A stretch of 64,000 bases of DNA from Octopus vulgaris. Lineage: Eukaryota. The stretch is taken from positions 20,150,001 through 20,214,000 of the forward strand of contig OX597842.1 of the NCBI GenBank assembly GCA_951406725.2. Reading direction: 5' to 3'. This document shows, one piece after another, positions 23,744 through 36,280 of this stretch (positions within the stretch are counted from its first letter, which is position 1; the number at the start of each line of letters is the position of its first letter). Under the pieces are notes generated by a model. That model was not told where the DNA came from, ran no database searches, and was given only the letters and a program-made list of their open reading frames with translations. The position numbers were made by a program, and so were the translations under genes.

Positions 23744-25825
23744 TACGACAGGCTTCTTTCAGTTTCTGTCTACCAAATCCACTCACAAGGCATTGGTCGG
23801 CCCGGGGCTATAGCGGAAGACACTTGCCCAAAATGCCACGCAGTGGGACTGAACCCGGAACCATGTGGTTAGCAAGCTACTTACCACACAGCCACTCCTG
23901 CGCCTATAAATCTGTTTCAGAATCGCTAACTTATTTCTCTACGTATTTCGAAAAAAAAACCCCAAAAAACTCCGGGACGGTTAACTTTGAAAACGCAATT
24001 TTTTAAAAATTCCTTTCGAAATGGGACCCTCCATAACCAAAACGTGCGATTCCGTAAAAAAAAAACCTCACTTATTTTACCGGAAAAATCGGATCCTACG
24101 AATTTCCGAAAGCCCCCACCCTACCCCAGGGACCGTCAGCGCGCAGTTTGGCGTAACTTCGGTATAGGTACCGGATACACTATATACTTTTCTAAATATA
24201 TATAGGGCGTTAGAAAAGGGCTTCTGTTATCTTCAGAAATGTAAAGAAAGCCAACTCCGGCACTTATGGTACCTATACCGAAGGATCGCCCGCAGTTTTC
24301 CTCATATTCCTATTCCACACTTGCTAACACCCGCTAGGCTGGTTTATATTCTCTTGTTCCCCGTTGAAAGTCTTTTTATTGACCCGCAAATGCATCTTAA
24401 CCAATCCATATTAATCTTACGATAGAAAAGTTAATCTCAGAAAATGAACAAACAGAAGCGATTAGCATCTCAACGATCGAAAGAGAATAGTCAGGATTTA
24501 CAGAAAAAAATAAATTCGTTTGCGCAATCTCTCTATATATAAAGCTGAAGTTGTCTGTGTGTGGTAGGTTTGGTAGCCTTCAACTAACACTATCTCCTCC
24601 GAGACCCTGCGGCGCAAGTTGACCAAAATTGAGAGTATGATAGAAGAAGGCTTGCTCTTCCTTCCGTAGAAGAAAAAATTCAAATCGGACCATGTTAACA
24701 CCAAAAATTATTTACATCAAAAAGGTGCTTTTTTCGGTAAAATGACAGATTAACAACCGCACGATTTTCACTAAGAAAAAAAAAAAAAAAAACTCGGCTT
24801 TTTTGCGTGGAATCAAGTACCCTGACCTCAAAAACAAAACAAAAAACCGAATTTTTTAGATACCTTTCTGCTTTTTAAGACAGTAAAGTGATATTGGAGG
24901 GAAATCTGGCTGCTATTTCTAGCTGCCTGAATGACAACATAGCGATTTACAGATAAATGAATTAATTACTATTTTACAGAATAAAATTAATTAATAATAT
25001 TTTTTGAACAAAGTAAATAATTTATAAAACTTGGTTAATAATTTTTTTTACACAAACGCGAACGTATATAATTTGTGAAACTTTTTTTTTACAGACGTAT
25101 ATAATTTGGTAAACTTAATGAATTAATTTCTTCTCATCATCATCGTTTAACGTCCGTTCTCCATGCCAGCATGGGTTGGACGGTTCGACCGGGGATCTGG
25201 GAAGCCAGAAGGCTGCACCAGACTCCAGTCTTATCTGGCAATGTTTCTACAGCTGGATGCCCTTCCTAACGCCAACCACTCCGAGAGTGTAGTTTGTGCT
25301 TTTTACATGCCACCCGCACAGGTGCCAGGCGAGGCTGGCAACGGCCACGGTCGGATTGGTGCCAGTCGAGGCGGCTCTGGCATCGGCCACGATTCGGATA
25401 GTGCTTTTTACGTACCACCAGCCCAGGGTCCTGGCATCTGCCGGGTGCCACACTTGCCCCAACAGGTCTTCGCAAGCAAAGGGGGTTGGCATGGGTGCCT
25501 GTCGTGGGATGAGGTTCGATATCAACTTCGCTTGCCACAACAGGTCTTTGTGTATAAATGTATAAATTTTTCGCACTAAATTCTTTCCGTAGAATTTATC
25601 AAATTAAAAAACGCAAAATTAATATATTTTTTGAAATTGCAAATTATTTAGAATATAAAACAAATGAAGTTAAATTTTAAAAATAAATGTCATATACTTA
25701 TACTCTGTAAGGTGCTGTGTTCACACTTCAATTTACTATTTTTTTCATATTCGTTTAGAGGAAGTTGTTTTTTTAACACCTATTACACAAATTTTTATTT
25801 TGTTTATTTGACCGGGTTTAACCGC

Positions 25826-26349
25826 TATTTCTTTATTACCCATAAGGGTTTACATAGATGGGGACAATACAATGATTTGGGGTCATGAAATGGAACTATT
25901 TACAGTGAAATCGAATGGATCATTTACAATGAAAATGAAATTGAATGAGTCACAAGAACAAAAAGGGACGGACATATGAAGTCAAAAGAACAGGATAGCC
26001 GACCCTACGAGCCCTGTTATTTAAACTGAAACCTTTTGGTAAGTGATCATAGCGTGTTCATGCAGGGCCTTTCACACCTAGCATCCGTGCAACACGCATC
26101 CATCTTTTTTTGAATACAGACACCTTTTCTCTAGCCCCACCTTCCTTTTCAGATGGAACCTAAAGTCCGTTAGGGCGGTGCCAGATATCATAGTGTCTGC
26201 CATTATACCTTTCACTAACCTCTTTCGCAACTGCTACTATCACGAGAAAGCAATGCTTACCTTCGTTCGTCATGGAACCAGGCGGGTCAATTTTTAAGAT
26301 TGACTCAGACGACAGCTGTACTCTCCTTCCGTCCGACAACACAAGATGA
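25826..26349 (-). mobile_element. Tx1/L1-like LINE 3' fragment immediately downstream of H4
   Basis: VQLSSESILKIDPPGSMTNEGKHCFLVIVAVAKEV...FRFHLKRKV...KKRWMRVARML plus tail CCCTTATGGGTAATAAAGAAATA; near-identical copy at 36670-37192. Confidence 0.6.
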
Positions 26350-26394
26350 AGCACATTGCGATTTAGAAGAGTTGACTTAAATTAAAAAGTGGGT

Positions 26395-26410
26395 GGCCCT
26401 GAAAAGGGCC
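26395..26410 (-). promoter_or_regulatory. Histone 3' stem-loop (H4)
   Basis: GGCCCTTTTCAGGGCC followed by ACCCA. Confidence 0.95.
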
Positions 26411-26441
26411 GGTATGTTCAAAGAAGCTTAAGGTTCTTAGC

Positions 26442-27443
<1,002 letters not shown>

Positions 27444-27472
27444 GTCGCCGTTGCTTTGTCAGCATATTAAAT

Positions 27473-27488
27473 GGCCCTTTTTAGGGCC
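27473..27488 (+). promoter_or_regulatory. Histone 3' stem-loop (H3)
   Basis: GGCCCTTTTTAGGGCC. Confidence 0.93.
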
Positions 27489-27647
27489 GCCACATTATAT
27501 CCTAAGTATTCTCTTTCGATCGTTGATATGCTACTCGCTCCTGTTTGTTCAGTTTCTGTCTTCTCTTAGTTTTTCTTGGTCAATGTTAAGGTCCTCGCTC
27601 TTTAGCGAAAACAGGAGACGATCCAGTCAGCTGGGTGTTAGCAATTG

Positions 27648-28127
27648 GGATCTTTTCGGTTTGAACGGCAGTTTTTTTAACATAATTTCTAGGTGACTAA
27701 GAACTTATAAACTTCGTATACTGATAGAATGTGTTTCTATGACTTTCAGTTTAAATCGAAGTTCTAAGTTTGTAGAACGATATATAAAATACATATTATT
27801 TGAGTATATTTTTGATATTTACTCTATGCAAACTCATATAGCATCTTTGTCTTTCGTTTGTCTTGTATTGTCTCATTTTATATAAAATCGCCATGATCAT
27901 AATAGAGATACTCTATTGAGGTAAAGAAACATTCTGTGCCTTATGAATATGTCCCTCGTTTAATAAACAGATTGGTTTTATTTACATTTCTGAAGAGAAA
28001 ATTATATCCTTTCCCCACTAACCCTAAAACAGATTGAAATGCAATAGATCGATACTAGGGTCATAATTATGGGTGACAATTTCATATGACACCACTAGAA
28101 AAACTGCCGTTTAAACCGAAAAGATCC
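27648..28127. mobile_element. GGATC-terminal Merlin-like MITE
   Basis: ~29-bp TIRs; flanks AGCAATTG/AGTAATTG (7 of 8 match); copies at 38486-38966, 30373-30876, 42881-43219 and 48309-49132. Confidence 0.75.
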
Positions 28128-28354
28128 AGTAATTGTGTAGAAATCGAATATGAATAGAAAGGATTTGCGCAAACGATCCTGGCGGGTGGGGACCAGGATC
28201 CGATTTTCCCCTTATAATGCACATTTTCAGTTCCAGAAGCATGCGATGTTTTGCGCTGGGTATTTTTTGTTGTTTTCGCACTTATTTTTTTGTATCTTTA
28301 CTTTGTCGTTTACTGCGGGAGGTTTCTGATAGAAGAATGTGCAAAGGTGAGTAG

Positions 28355-28567
28355 TTAGTTAGTTAGTTAATTTGGCTCAAAAGCAAATAGCAAGGCCATG
28401 TAGGGGGACATGGAGTTAAGTACAGGGTGGTGTTCATGTAAAGAGTTCAGGCCACTTGAGGTCCAGGGAGGCTTTGAACAAAGCGGTCGTCGGCATCTTC
28501 ACCATCTCGTCTGGCAGCTTGTTCCACGGATCCGCAACCCGGACGGAGAAAGCTCCTCTCCTTCGAT
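28355..28567 (-). mobile_element. CR1-like 3' fragment present only in histone unit 1
   Basis: WNKLPDEMVKMPTTALFKASLD plus (AACT)n tail; TSD TGAGTAG at 28348-28354 and 28568-28574; empty site at ~39185. Confidence 0.8.
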
Positions 28568-28858
28568 TGAGTAGGTTGTTTACAGGTTTCTTTCGTTCTG
28601 TTATCGCAGTTTTGGAGATTTGGCTGTTATTTTTAGCACGTGGGAATGCTAATCTGCAAAAATAGACATTTCTAATTTATAACCCCCACTTCTTTCCTTC
28701 ATTTTAAACTTTTTTCATCACGAAATTATGCCAGCAATGTCTCATTTAAAACTTGGAGAGAAAGAATCCTTGCAGATTTGGTGTGATTTCTTTTTTGAAA
28801 ACAATAATGAATAATGCAAGAATATATTTATTTATAAAGTTTAAACAGAACATGGAAT

Positions 28859-29394
28859 GGGCGAAGTTTCGTTTGTCGTAGCACACGTTTCCGTCGATTT
28901 CCGTAAAAAATGTAAACACTGAATCGGCCATACATACATAGATACATACACACACACACATATATCATACACCGAGTAAAAAATTACACTGAATCGGCCA
29001 TACATACATACATACACACACACACACATACATAGATACATACACACACACACACATACATAGATACATACACACACACACATACATATACACATACACC
29101 GAGTAAAAAATCAGTTATCTCTCTCTTTCACACATTACTCTCTCTGTCTCTTCGCACACACTAACAGAAGCACTTCACTTACACAACATACTTTCTGTCT
29201 CCCACACCCCATCAAACACACATGTACATCAATGCTTCCCCTGGACGGTAACTTCAAAAGAACTTCCCTCGTCATACAATCGCTTTCTCTTAGTCTCTTT
29301 CGCTCTCATTACTTCAAATATTCCCGCAAAGCCATATGTAAAAAAATAAAAGTTTTTTACGGAAACGTGTGCTACGACAAACGAAACTTCGCCC
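28859..29394. mobile_element. MITE with perfect 36-bp TIR, unit 1 only
   Basis: GGGCGAAGTTTCGTTTGTCGTAGCACACGTTTCCGT and its exact complement; the interior is shared with 35350-35747. Confidence 0.8.
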
Positions 29395-29884
29395 AAACTG
29401 AACTTCAATTGTTTTATAAACCTAACAGCGTGGTGGTACGTAAATTAACGAAGGTATAAACCTGACCACGTAAATACACGAAGTTGACTACTTTCACTTC
29501 TGACAACTAGAAGCATGACAGTTCTCTTTATTACCCACAAGGGGCTAAACACAGGGGACAGACATAGGTATTAAGTCGATTATATCGACCCCACTGCGTA
29601 ACAGGTACTTAATTTGTCGACCTCGGCGGAATTTGAACTCAGAACGTAACGGCAGCCGAGATACCTATTTATTTATTACCCACAAAGGGCTAAACACAGA
29701 GGGGACAAGTAAGGACGGACAATGGGATTAAGTCGATTGCATCGACCCCAGTGCGTAACTGGTACTTATTTAAATCGACCCCGAAGGGATGAACGGTACA
29801 GTCGACCTCGACGGAATTTGAACACAGCGAGGGCAGCTAAGATTCAGAGTGGTCTCCCTTGTGCCGTTGTGGTTAAAAGTCCAA

Positions 29885-30370
29885 CTATATTAATAAGCTG
29901 AAGTTGTCTGTGTGTGGCAGGTTTGGTAGCCTTCAACTAACACCATCTCCTCCGAGACCCTGCGGTGCAAGTTGACCAAAATTGAGAGTATGATAGAAGA
30001 AGGCTTGCTCTTCATTCCATAGAAGAAAAAATTCGAATCGGACCATATTAACACCAAAATTTATTTACATCAAAAAATGCTTTTTTCTATGAAAATCCCT
30101 ATTTTCTTACGATTTTTTCACTGCTGTATCGACATTTTTCGGTGTATTTCAACCAGAAAAATGTTCACTTAAAGAGAATAATGCGAAATTTTTACTTCAA
30201 AAGTTCCAATTCTAAAGGATCGAAACAGACCCGGGCAGCACTGCTAGTATATATATATATAAAGCTGAAGTTGTCTGTGTATAGCAGGTTTGGTAGCCTT
30301 CAACTAACACTATCTCCTCTGAGACCCTGCGGAGCAAGTTGATCAAAATTGAGAGTATGATAGAAGGCTT
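29885..30370 (+). mobile_element. Non-autonomous Helitron-like element with tandem restart
   Basis: Start TATATAAAGCTGAAGTTGTC, end CCCGGGC..ACTGCTAGT; copies at 39956, 47478, 13221, 17029 and 24535. Confidence 0.55.
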
Positions 30371-31141
30371 GCGGATTTTTTCGGTTTGACCGGCAGCTTT
30401 TTAAAATAATTTCCACGTAACTAAACACTTTTAAACTTCGTATACTGGTAGAATGTGTTTATAAAACATCTTTTTCTCTTGGCTTTATTGAGAAAATTCT
30501 ATAGTTTGTAAAATATTTGGGATCTTTTCGGTTTGACCGGCAGCTTTTTAAAATAATTTCCACGTAACTAAACACTTTTAAACTTCGTATACTGGTAGAA
30601 TGTGTTCATAAAACATCTTTTTCTCTTGGCTTTATTGAGAAAATTCTACAGTTTGTAAGATACTTGTTTTTTTTTTCAACCAATCAATGACGTCTAGTGA
30701 GGTGAAAACGTTCTGTGGTCCCTTACATTTCCGAAGAAAAAAAAGATACCCTTCCCTCCAAACCCTAGCCCTAAAACAGATTGAAATGCAATAGATCGAT
30801 ACTAGGGTAATAATTATGGATGACAATTTCATATGACACTGCTAGAAAAAAAACTGCCGGTCAAACCGAAAAGATCGTGAGAAACAACCCCAGCCACTGG
30901 TAGAATACATGCGTATAGACACAATACAGTGTACATAAATAAACAATTCGTAGGGAAAAGATGAATCACGTCCACATAAAATAGACTTAAGTAAATTGGT
31001 AAAGATAAAACAGCTGATTACAATGACGTCTCTGCTACCATTTCCGAAATATTGGTTACGCTAATGTTATGGAAGCGGGTGGCGAATCTCTGGAGACTAG
31101 ACCAATCGTTTCCCCCTGCGTGAGAAAAAATGCAAAAATTC

Positions 31142-31340
31142 GGTAGTACATAACGAGGTCCCGGTGCGCGCACTCGCAACGAGACGATCCTAGCAAAGTA
31201 AATAAAACACAAAATAAATAATTATTTCTAAACAAAGTAAATAAAACACAAAATGAATTAAAGTAAATAAGAAACACAAAGGATCGACTAGTCACGTCTA
31301 GCTAGCGCGGTCACCGGGACCACTCTTCTGAAGTAGTACC
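31142..31340. mobile_element. GGTAC-type Merlin-like MITE with 8-bp TSD
   Basis: GGTAGTAC...GTAGTACC flanked by AAAAATTC on both sides; the same insertion occurs at 40818-41018. Confidence 0.8.
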
Positions 31341-31407
31341 AAAAATTCTTCAGACGAAAAAATCGCAAATATTAAGTCGAGAGAAGACGAATACGCAAAG
31401 TGTGAGA

Positions 31408-31423
31408 GGCCCTGAAAAGGGCC
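31408..31423 (-). promoter_or_regulatory. Histone 3' stem-loop (H2A)
   Basis: GGCCCTTTTCAGGGCC. Confidence 0.95.
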
Positions 31424-31461
31424 GTTGATACGGATAAAGCCAAAAATGCCACCGAATTAAT

Positions 31462-31839
31462 TTACTTGGAAGCCTTCTGGGTTTTCTTGGGCAGAAGAAC
31501 AGCCTGAATGTTGGGAAGAACACCACCCTGGGCGATGGTCACTCCGGACAAAAGTTTGTTCAATTCTTCGTCGTTACGGATGGCCAACTGCAAGTGACGG
31601 GGAATGATTCTCGATTTCTTGTTATCTCTGGCAGCATTTCCTGCCAATTCCAACACCTCAGCAGCCAAATATTCCATCACAGCGGCCAAGTAGACTGGGG
31701 CTCCGGCACCGACACGTTGGGCATAATTTCCCTTACGGAGAAGACGGTGGATACGACCGACAGGGAACTGAAGTCCGGCACGGGACGAACGGGTCTTGCT
31801 CTTTCCCTTTACTTTTCCTCCTTTACCACGTCCAGACAT
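31462..31839 (-). CDS. H2A: Histone H2A (canonical)
   Basis: 125 aa, [19 protein letters not shown]...[12 protein letters not shown]; no SQ(E/D)Y tail. Confidence 0.99.
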   Translation of the reverse strand: MSGRGKGGKVKGKSKTRSSRAGLQFPVGRIHRLLRKGNYAQRVGAGAPVYLAAVMEYLAAEVLELAGNAARDNKKSRIIPRHLQLAIRNDEELNKLLSGVTIAQGGVLPNIQAVLLPKKTQKASK

Positions 31840-32108
31840 ATTTCAAAGTTCGACAGTAGTTCTCAACAAAGAAGACGGCCAAAGTTTAAAAAAGACGGCG
31901 GCTTTTGCCTTTAAATAGCAGTCATGAGGCTCCAGCAGCCACAAACTGCCGAGCGAAAAAGGAGCGGGTTTACGTCACGTGATTAGACTGCTGTCAAATT
32001 CCACCAATTAAATTGATTGGCGCGAAACGTCAGCAAGGTGCTCGGCTGAGCCTACTTGTCAATTATAAATAGCGTGGACGAGGGTTGATTAGTAGAGCAA
32101 GTGACATT
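31840..32108. promoter_or_regulatory. Bidirectional H2A/H2B promoter
   Basis: TATAAATA at 32064-32071, TATTTAAA on the minus strand (~31910), opposed CCAAT/ATTGG boxes and GTCACGTGA. Confidence 0.8.
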
Positions 32109-32486
32109 ATGCCACCAGCACCAGCAACTGCTTCGAAAGGAGCCAAGAAGGCCTCCAAGGCCAAGACCTCTCGCCCTGCCGGGGACAAGAAACGTAAGAA
32201 GAAGAGGAAGGAAAGTTATTCCATCTACATCTACAAAGTGATGAAGCAAGTCCACCCGGACACTGGCATCTCCAGCAAAGCTATGTCCATCATGAACAGT
32301 TTTGTCAACGATCTGTTCGAAAGAATAGCTTCTGAATCCAGCCGCTTGGCTCACTACAACAAACGTTCGACCATCAGTAGCCGTGAGGTGCAGACTGCTG
32401 TCCGTCTTCTCCTTCCTGGTGAGTTGGCCAAACACGCCGTCTCTGAGGGTACCAAGGCCGTCACCAAATACACTAGCAGCAAATAA
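32109..32486 (+). CDS. H2B: Histone H2B
   Basis: 125 aa, [15 protein letters not shown]...[26 protein letters not shown]...KYTSSK; ATG at 32109. Confidence 0.99.
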   Translation: MPPAPATASKGAKKASKAKTSRPAGDKKRKKKRKESYSIYIYKVMKQVHPDTGISSKAMSIMNSFVNDLFERIASESSRLAHYNKRSTISSREVQTAVRLLLPGELAKHAVSEGTKAVTKYTSSK

Positions 32487-32518
32487 ACCTGCTTCGTTTC
32501 TCTTCATCGAAGAATAAC

Positions 32519-32534
32519 GGTCCTTTTCAGGGCC
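32519..32534 (+). promoter_or_regulatory. Histone 3' stem-loop (H2B)
   Basis: GGTCCTTTTCAGGGCC-ACCCA with one U-G pair. Confidence 0.95.
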
Positions 32535-33251
32535 ACCCACATTCTCATGAAAGTTAATTCAGATTTTCTGCCGATTTGCGATCCATGTTTTTGGGGTTAG
32601 GGTGTTAACGGCCATAGAATGGACTGGGGGAAGTAAAGGTACGTGATTTATACACATCGAAGCAGGTGGGGTATTTATATAAAATTTTTTTTTAATATTT
32701 TCCTAAATAGTGGAAAAGTTTGGATGTTGTGAATTTTCCGACGTCTGCTTTCTGCGCATTTTTGTTTTCATATTCGTTTTCTACACATTTTTATTTTACA
32801 ACCGTTGAAATTATACATCCATGCAAGTGACAAGCCTGGGATGTGCTAGAAACAATGACCAGTCCTCCCCGTAAGTTGCATCTTTCAGACTGAAAGTACT
32901 AAGACTTTGCTACGGAGTATGATGGGTGTGTGGTAGATTTAGATTGTAATCGTCAAATTTGAACAGCGGAATGACGACCGAATTTTAATGTTAAGAGAAT
33001 TATTCAGATGCAAAAAAGTGTGATTAAAGGGAGATTAGGCTGTTGTTTCTAACAGACAACCTTCTTCGTCTCTGATTTTTAGTGTTTTCTCAATTCTTTT
33101 AAAGATTTTCCTAAACCCAACACGTCATGGAGAATGCTAGAAACAACGGTCCGGAGAGGGAGCTAATTGAAAAAAGAAAAAGGCGCCGTTTTCGCCTACG
33201 GATAATACGATTTTTTTTTTCAAATTATGCGGAAAGAAAATACGGAGTTTT

Positions 33252-33950
33252 GGTTAATATCTAGATCCGCACCCGGTGGGAAAAATGGAAACGAAAATGT
33301 GTAACAGTTGTAAGGCATCGTATATTGACGGAATAAGACGGGAAAAAAGCGCGCTGACAAACGGGGGGGGGGGGCTCGGGAAATTCCCAGGATCAACCGT
33401 AGAGGCAAAAATGGAAAAAAATATGTGTAACAGGTGTAAGGCATCGTATATTGAAGGAATATGACGAAAAAAAAGCGCGCTGACAAACGGGGGGGGGGGG
33501 CTCGGAAAATTGCCTACGATTTAAAGAAAAATTTACCATCAACTTTCACCATTGTGTTTCTGATTCGCGACCCCATGTCGAATTTATCGATTTTTTTCAG
33601 AACTGGGGAACTTTTCAAAATTTTCGCTGCGTTAGTTTTGAATTATGACATTGGGCTATGTGTGAGATGCGTTTAAAATGGTGAAAATTGATGGTAAATT
33701 TTTCTTTAAATCGTAGGCAATTTTCCGAGCCCCCCCCCCCCCGTTTGTCAGCGCGCTTTTTTTTCGTCATATTCCTTCAATATACGATGCCTTACACCTG
33801 TTACACATATTTTTTTCCATTTTTGCCACCTGGGCGTGGATCCTCTACGGTTGATCCTGGGAATTTCCCGAGCCCCCCCCCCCCACCCTTACAACTGTTA
33901 CACATTTTCGTTTCCATTTTTCCCACCGGGTGCGGATCTAGATATTAACC
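33252..33950. mobile_element. Foldback-like element with ~270-300-bp modular inverted arms
   Basis: GGTTAATATCTAGATCCGCACCCGG... mirrored to 33950; arms contain tandem subrepeats and poly-G/poly-C runs; ~125-bp spacer; GTTTT on both flanks. Confidence 0.75.
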
Positions 33951-34640
33951 GTTTTTATATTGAAATTTTACATGAATCAGAGGTATTATCCGTAGTCGAA
34001 AACGGGGGTTTATGTAGAAATGAAAACTTTTTTTAAGGGTGGTGCAAAGAGTAGAGAAAAATGTGCATGAAAGCAACCGGGGAAAATTCACAAGATCCGA
34101 GTCTTTTGCTCATGAATTTTAGGAAATGTGGGGGTTTTTTTTCAAGCGACAGATTACTATTATAAAGAAATTTGTGGGGAAAATCTTTTCCGAGGGGGTT
34201 CAAAGAGAAGGAAATACATAAATTACTTATCTGCTTAAGGGTATTCCATTGAAATAGAGAAATGCTTTTAAAAAGATCCCATGTACCATGGTGAGAGACA
34301 ACTGTTGTTTTTAGCATATCTCACGCCCGTCCGATACCCTCCTTATCTTAATATTTTCGGTTAATTACTACAAGTTCTCTCTCAGTCACCAATAAGGAAA
34401 GTTAACAAGATCTATATTTAATGTTTTACAACATAAAAAATGCGCCAATGTACCTAGCGGTATACATTCTTCCGTGTCATTAGGGACACGGGTATATAAG
34501 CCTCCAAAAGAACGTTATCAAGTCGCTGGGTCGGCGATGACCCGTATGAATAATAACCGAGCGACATTCCAAATACATTTTTACCTGCTTCCCCATAAAC
34601 GCTCAATATTGAGTGTGAATTGAAAGGTATTCATATAAAA

Positions 34641-34917
34641 CTAGCAGTATCGCCCGGCGTTGCTCGGATTTGTAAGGGAAATAACTATAAAGCATTTTTA
34701 GAGAGTTATAGCCAAAAGATAGCAAAAAATGCATTAAAATGGAAAAAATGATGGTAAATTATTTTTAAAATCGTAGACGCGCGCTAATACCCAGAAGGGC
34801 TCGATATGAATCACGACTATAAGATACCCGGTTTTGGTTACACTGCACCGCAAAATGTGGGAGTAGTTAGGAATCTAAATCGTAGGAGACAGACACAACC
34901 TTACTTTTATATATAAA
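34641..34917 (-). mobile_element. Non-autonomous Helitron-like element
   Basis: Minus-strand 3' end CCGAGCAACGCCGGGCGATACTGCTAG-T (subterminal hairpin plus CTAG). Confidence 0.65.
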
Positions 34918-34971
34918 ATTTCATTAAAGCTTTTGTTCTCCGCAGCAGCCGGGGCTTCGTCCTCACCAATA

Positions 34972-35140
34972 CAATAACCCCTCGGCTATCGCAGGTGCTA
35001 CGTTCCAAAAAGTCCCGCGTTAGGTGAAAATCCGAAGTAGAAACTACTGTATATATTTTTAAATATTTGAATATACTATTTATAAATACAGAACTCCACG
35101 GAGGAATCGTAAACCGTGATATAGCGACGAGAGACTACTG
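34972..35140. mobile_element. Tigger/pogo-like MITE
   Basis: TA-CAATAACCCCTCG ... CGAGAGACTACTG-TA degenerate TIRs. Confidence 0.45.
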
Positions 35141-35349
35141 TATACTGAATATCGTCTGCTTTTCACGATCATGTGAGTGAACACGCTCGCACACACCCAT
35201 TATCTTTCACACGTAAAGATGTACAATAATACTTACTTACCTTTACGAGTTAATAAGCTTAACACCCGGCCACCAAAACAAAAAGTCGTCTAATAGCGGT
35301 AAAAAAGTGTAAGAACCGATTACTCGGCAGAGGCAAAGAAAAATTCACC

Positions 35350-35747
35350 GGCGATCTTTCGTCTCTTGTAGACCTTTCCGTCGATTTCCGTAAAAAAATT
35401 TTTTTTTTTTACATATGGGCTTGCGGGAACTTTTGAAGTAATATACATACATATACACATACACCGAGTAAAAAAGTTCAGTTATCTCTTTCTTTCACAC
35501 ACTAACAGAAGCACTTCACTTACACAACATACTGTCTGTCTCCCACACCCCATCAAACACACACACACATGTACATCAATGCTTCCCATGCACGGTAACT
35601 TCAAAAGAACTTCCCTCGTCTTACAATCGCTTTCTCTTAATCTCTTTCCCTCTCATTACTTCAAAAGTTCCCGCAAGCCCATATGTAAAAAAAAAATTTT
35701 TTTTTACGGAAATCGACGGAAAGGTCTACTAGAGACGAAAGATTGCC
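35350..35747. mobile_element. Merlin-like MITE with ~90-bp TIR and 8-bp TSD
   Basis: GGCGATCTTTCGTCTC... / ...GAGACGAAAGATTGCC; TSD AATTCACC at 35342-35349 and 35748-35755. Confidence 0.85.
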
Positions 35748-36201
35748 AATTCACCTTGCATCCGAACCGCTAACATTTTTCTTTTACAATTCTTCCTAAC
35801 TTTTTCGATTGTCTTCTGCATAATGGAATGACTATGCAATAACAAAACCTACTAACGGGGGCTAAACAAGGACAGGGAAATACACACCCAAAAATTAAAC
35901 CCCGCCCGTATTTCTATTGGAGGCTGCAGACTTCTTGTTCCGTAGCTGGCACAAAATTTAATTTTCATTTTCAATAGTTTTTAAATATTACTCCCAAGTG
36001 TTACTAGACTTTCTAAAGAGAAATCTACTTAGTCCCTGTGAACCAGCAATCGCGTCAACGATATAATAAAACGTAAATTGTTTAGGGTAAAGGATCGCAC
36101 TTCGGTGTGAAATAACCCTTCTCCCCAAAAGGGCGTGCACCAACTTTGCCAAAGGGGCACCTCGAAAACCAGTAGCTGCAAATTAACGTCTAAACACAGA
36201 A

Positions 36202-36280
36202 GAAGCACATCGCGATTTAGAAGAGTTGACTTAAATTAAAAAGTAGGTGGCCCTGAAAAGGCCCGGTGTTTTGAAGAAGC
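36202..36280 (-). pseudogene. Orphan H4 3' end (mutated stem-loop plus downstream flank, no CDS)
   Basis: Matches 26348-26428; stem-loop GGGCCTTTTCAGGGCC at 36249-36264 has one broken pair. Confidence 0.8.

Larger units (their letters stand above)
9130..25685 (+). repeat. Higher-order tandem array A-B-B-B(deleted)-A-B of TE-derived units
   Basis: B unit of ~3.8-4 kb starts at ~10480, 14525, 18335 and 21665; A unit starts at 9130 and 20152 (offset ~11.0 kb); duplicated ORFs in the track confirm near-identity. Confidence 0.9.

Noticed and set aside
8504-24006. [12 protein letters not shown] and RRHLPKVPRSG ORFs
   Set aside because: They are translations of microsatellites and SINE A.
25826-26349. 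Histone-H4-targeted site-specific retrotransposon
   Set aside because: The same family occurs at 70-598 away from histone genes, and the two H4-linked copies are one insertion duplicated with the unit.
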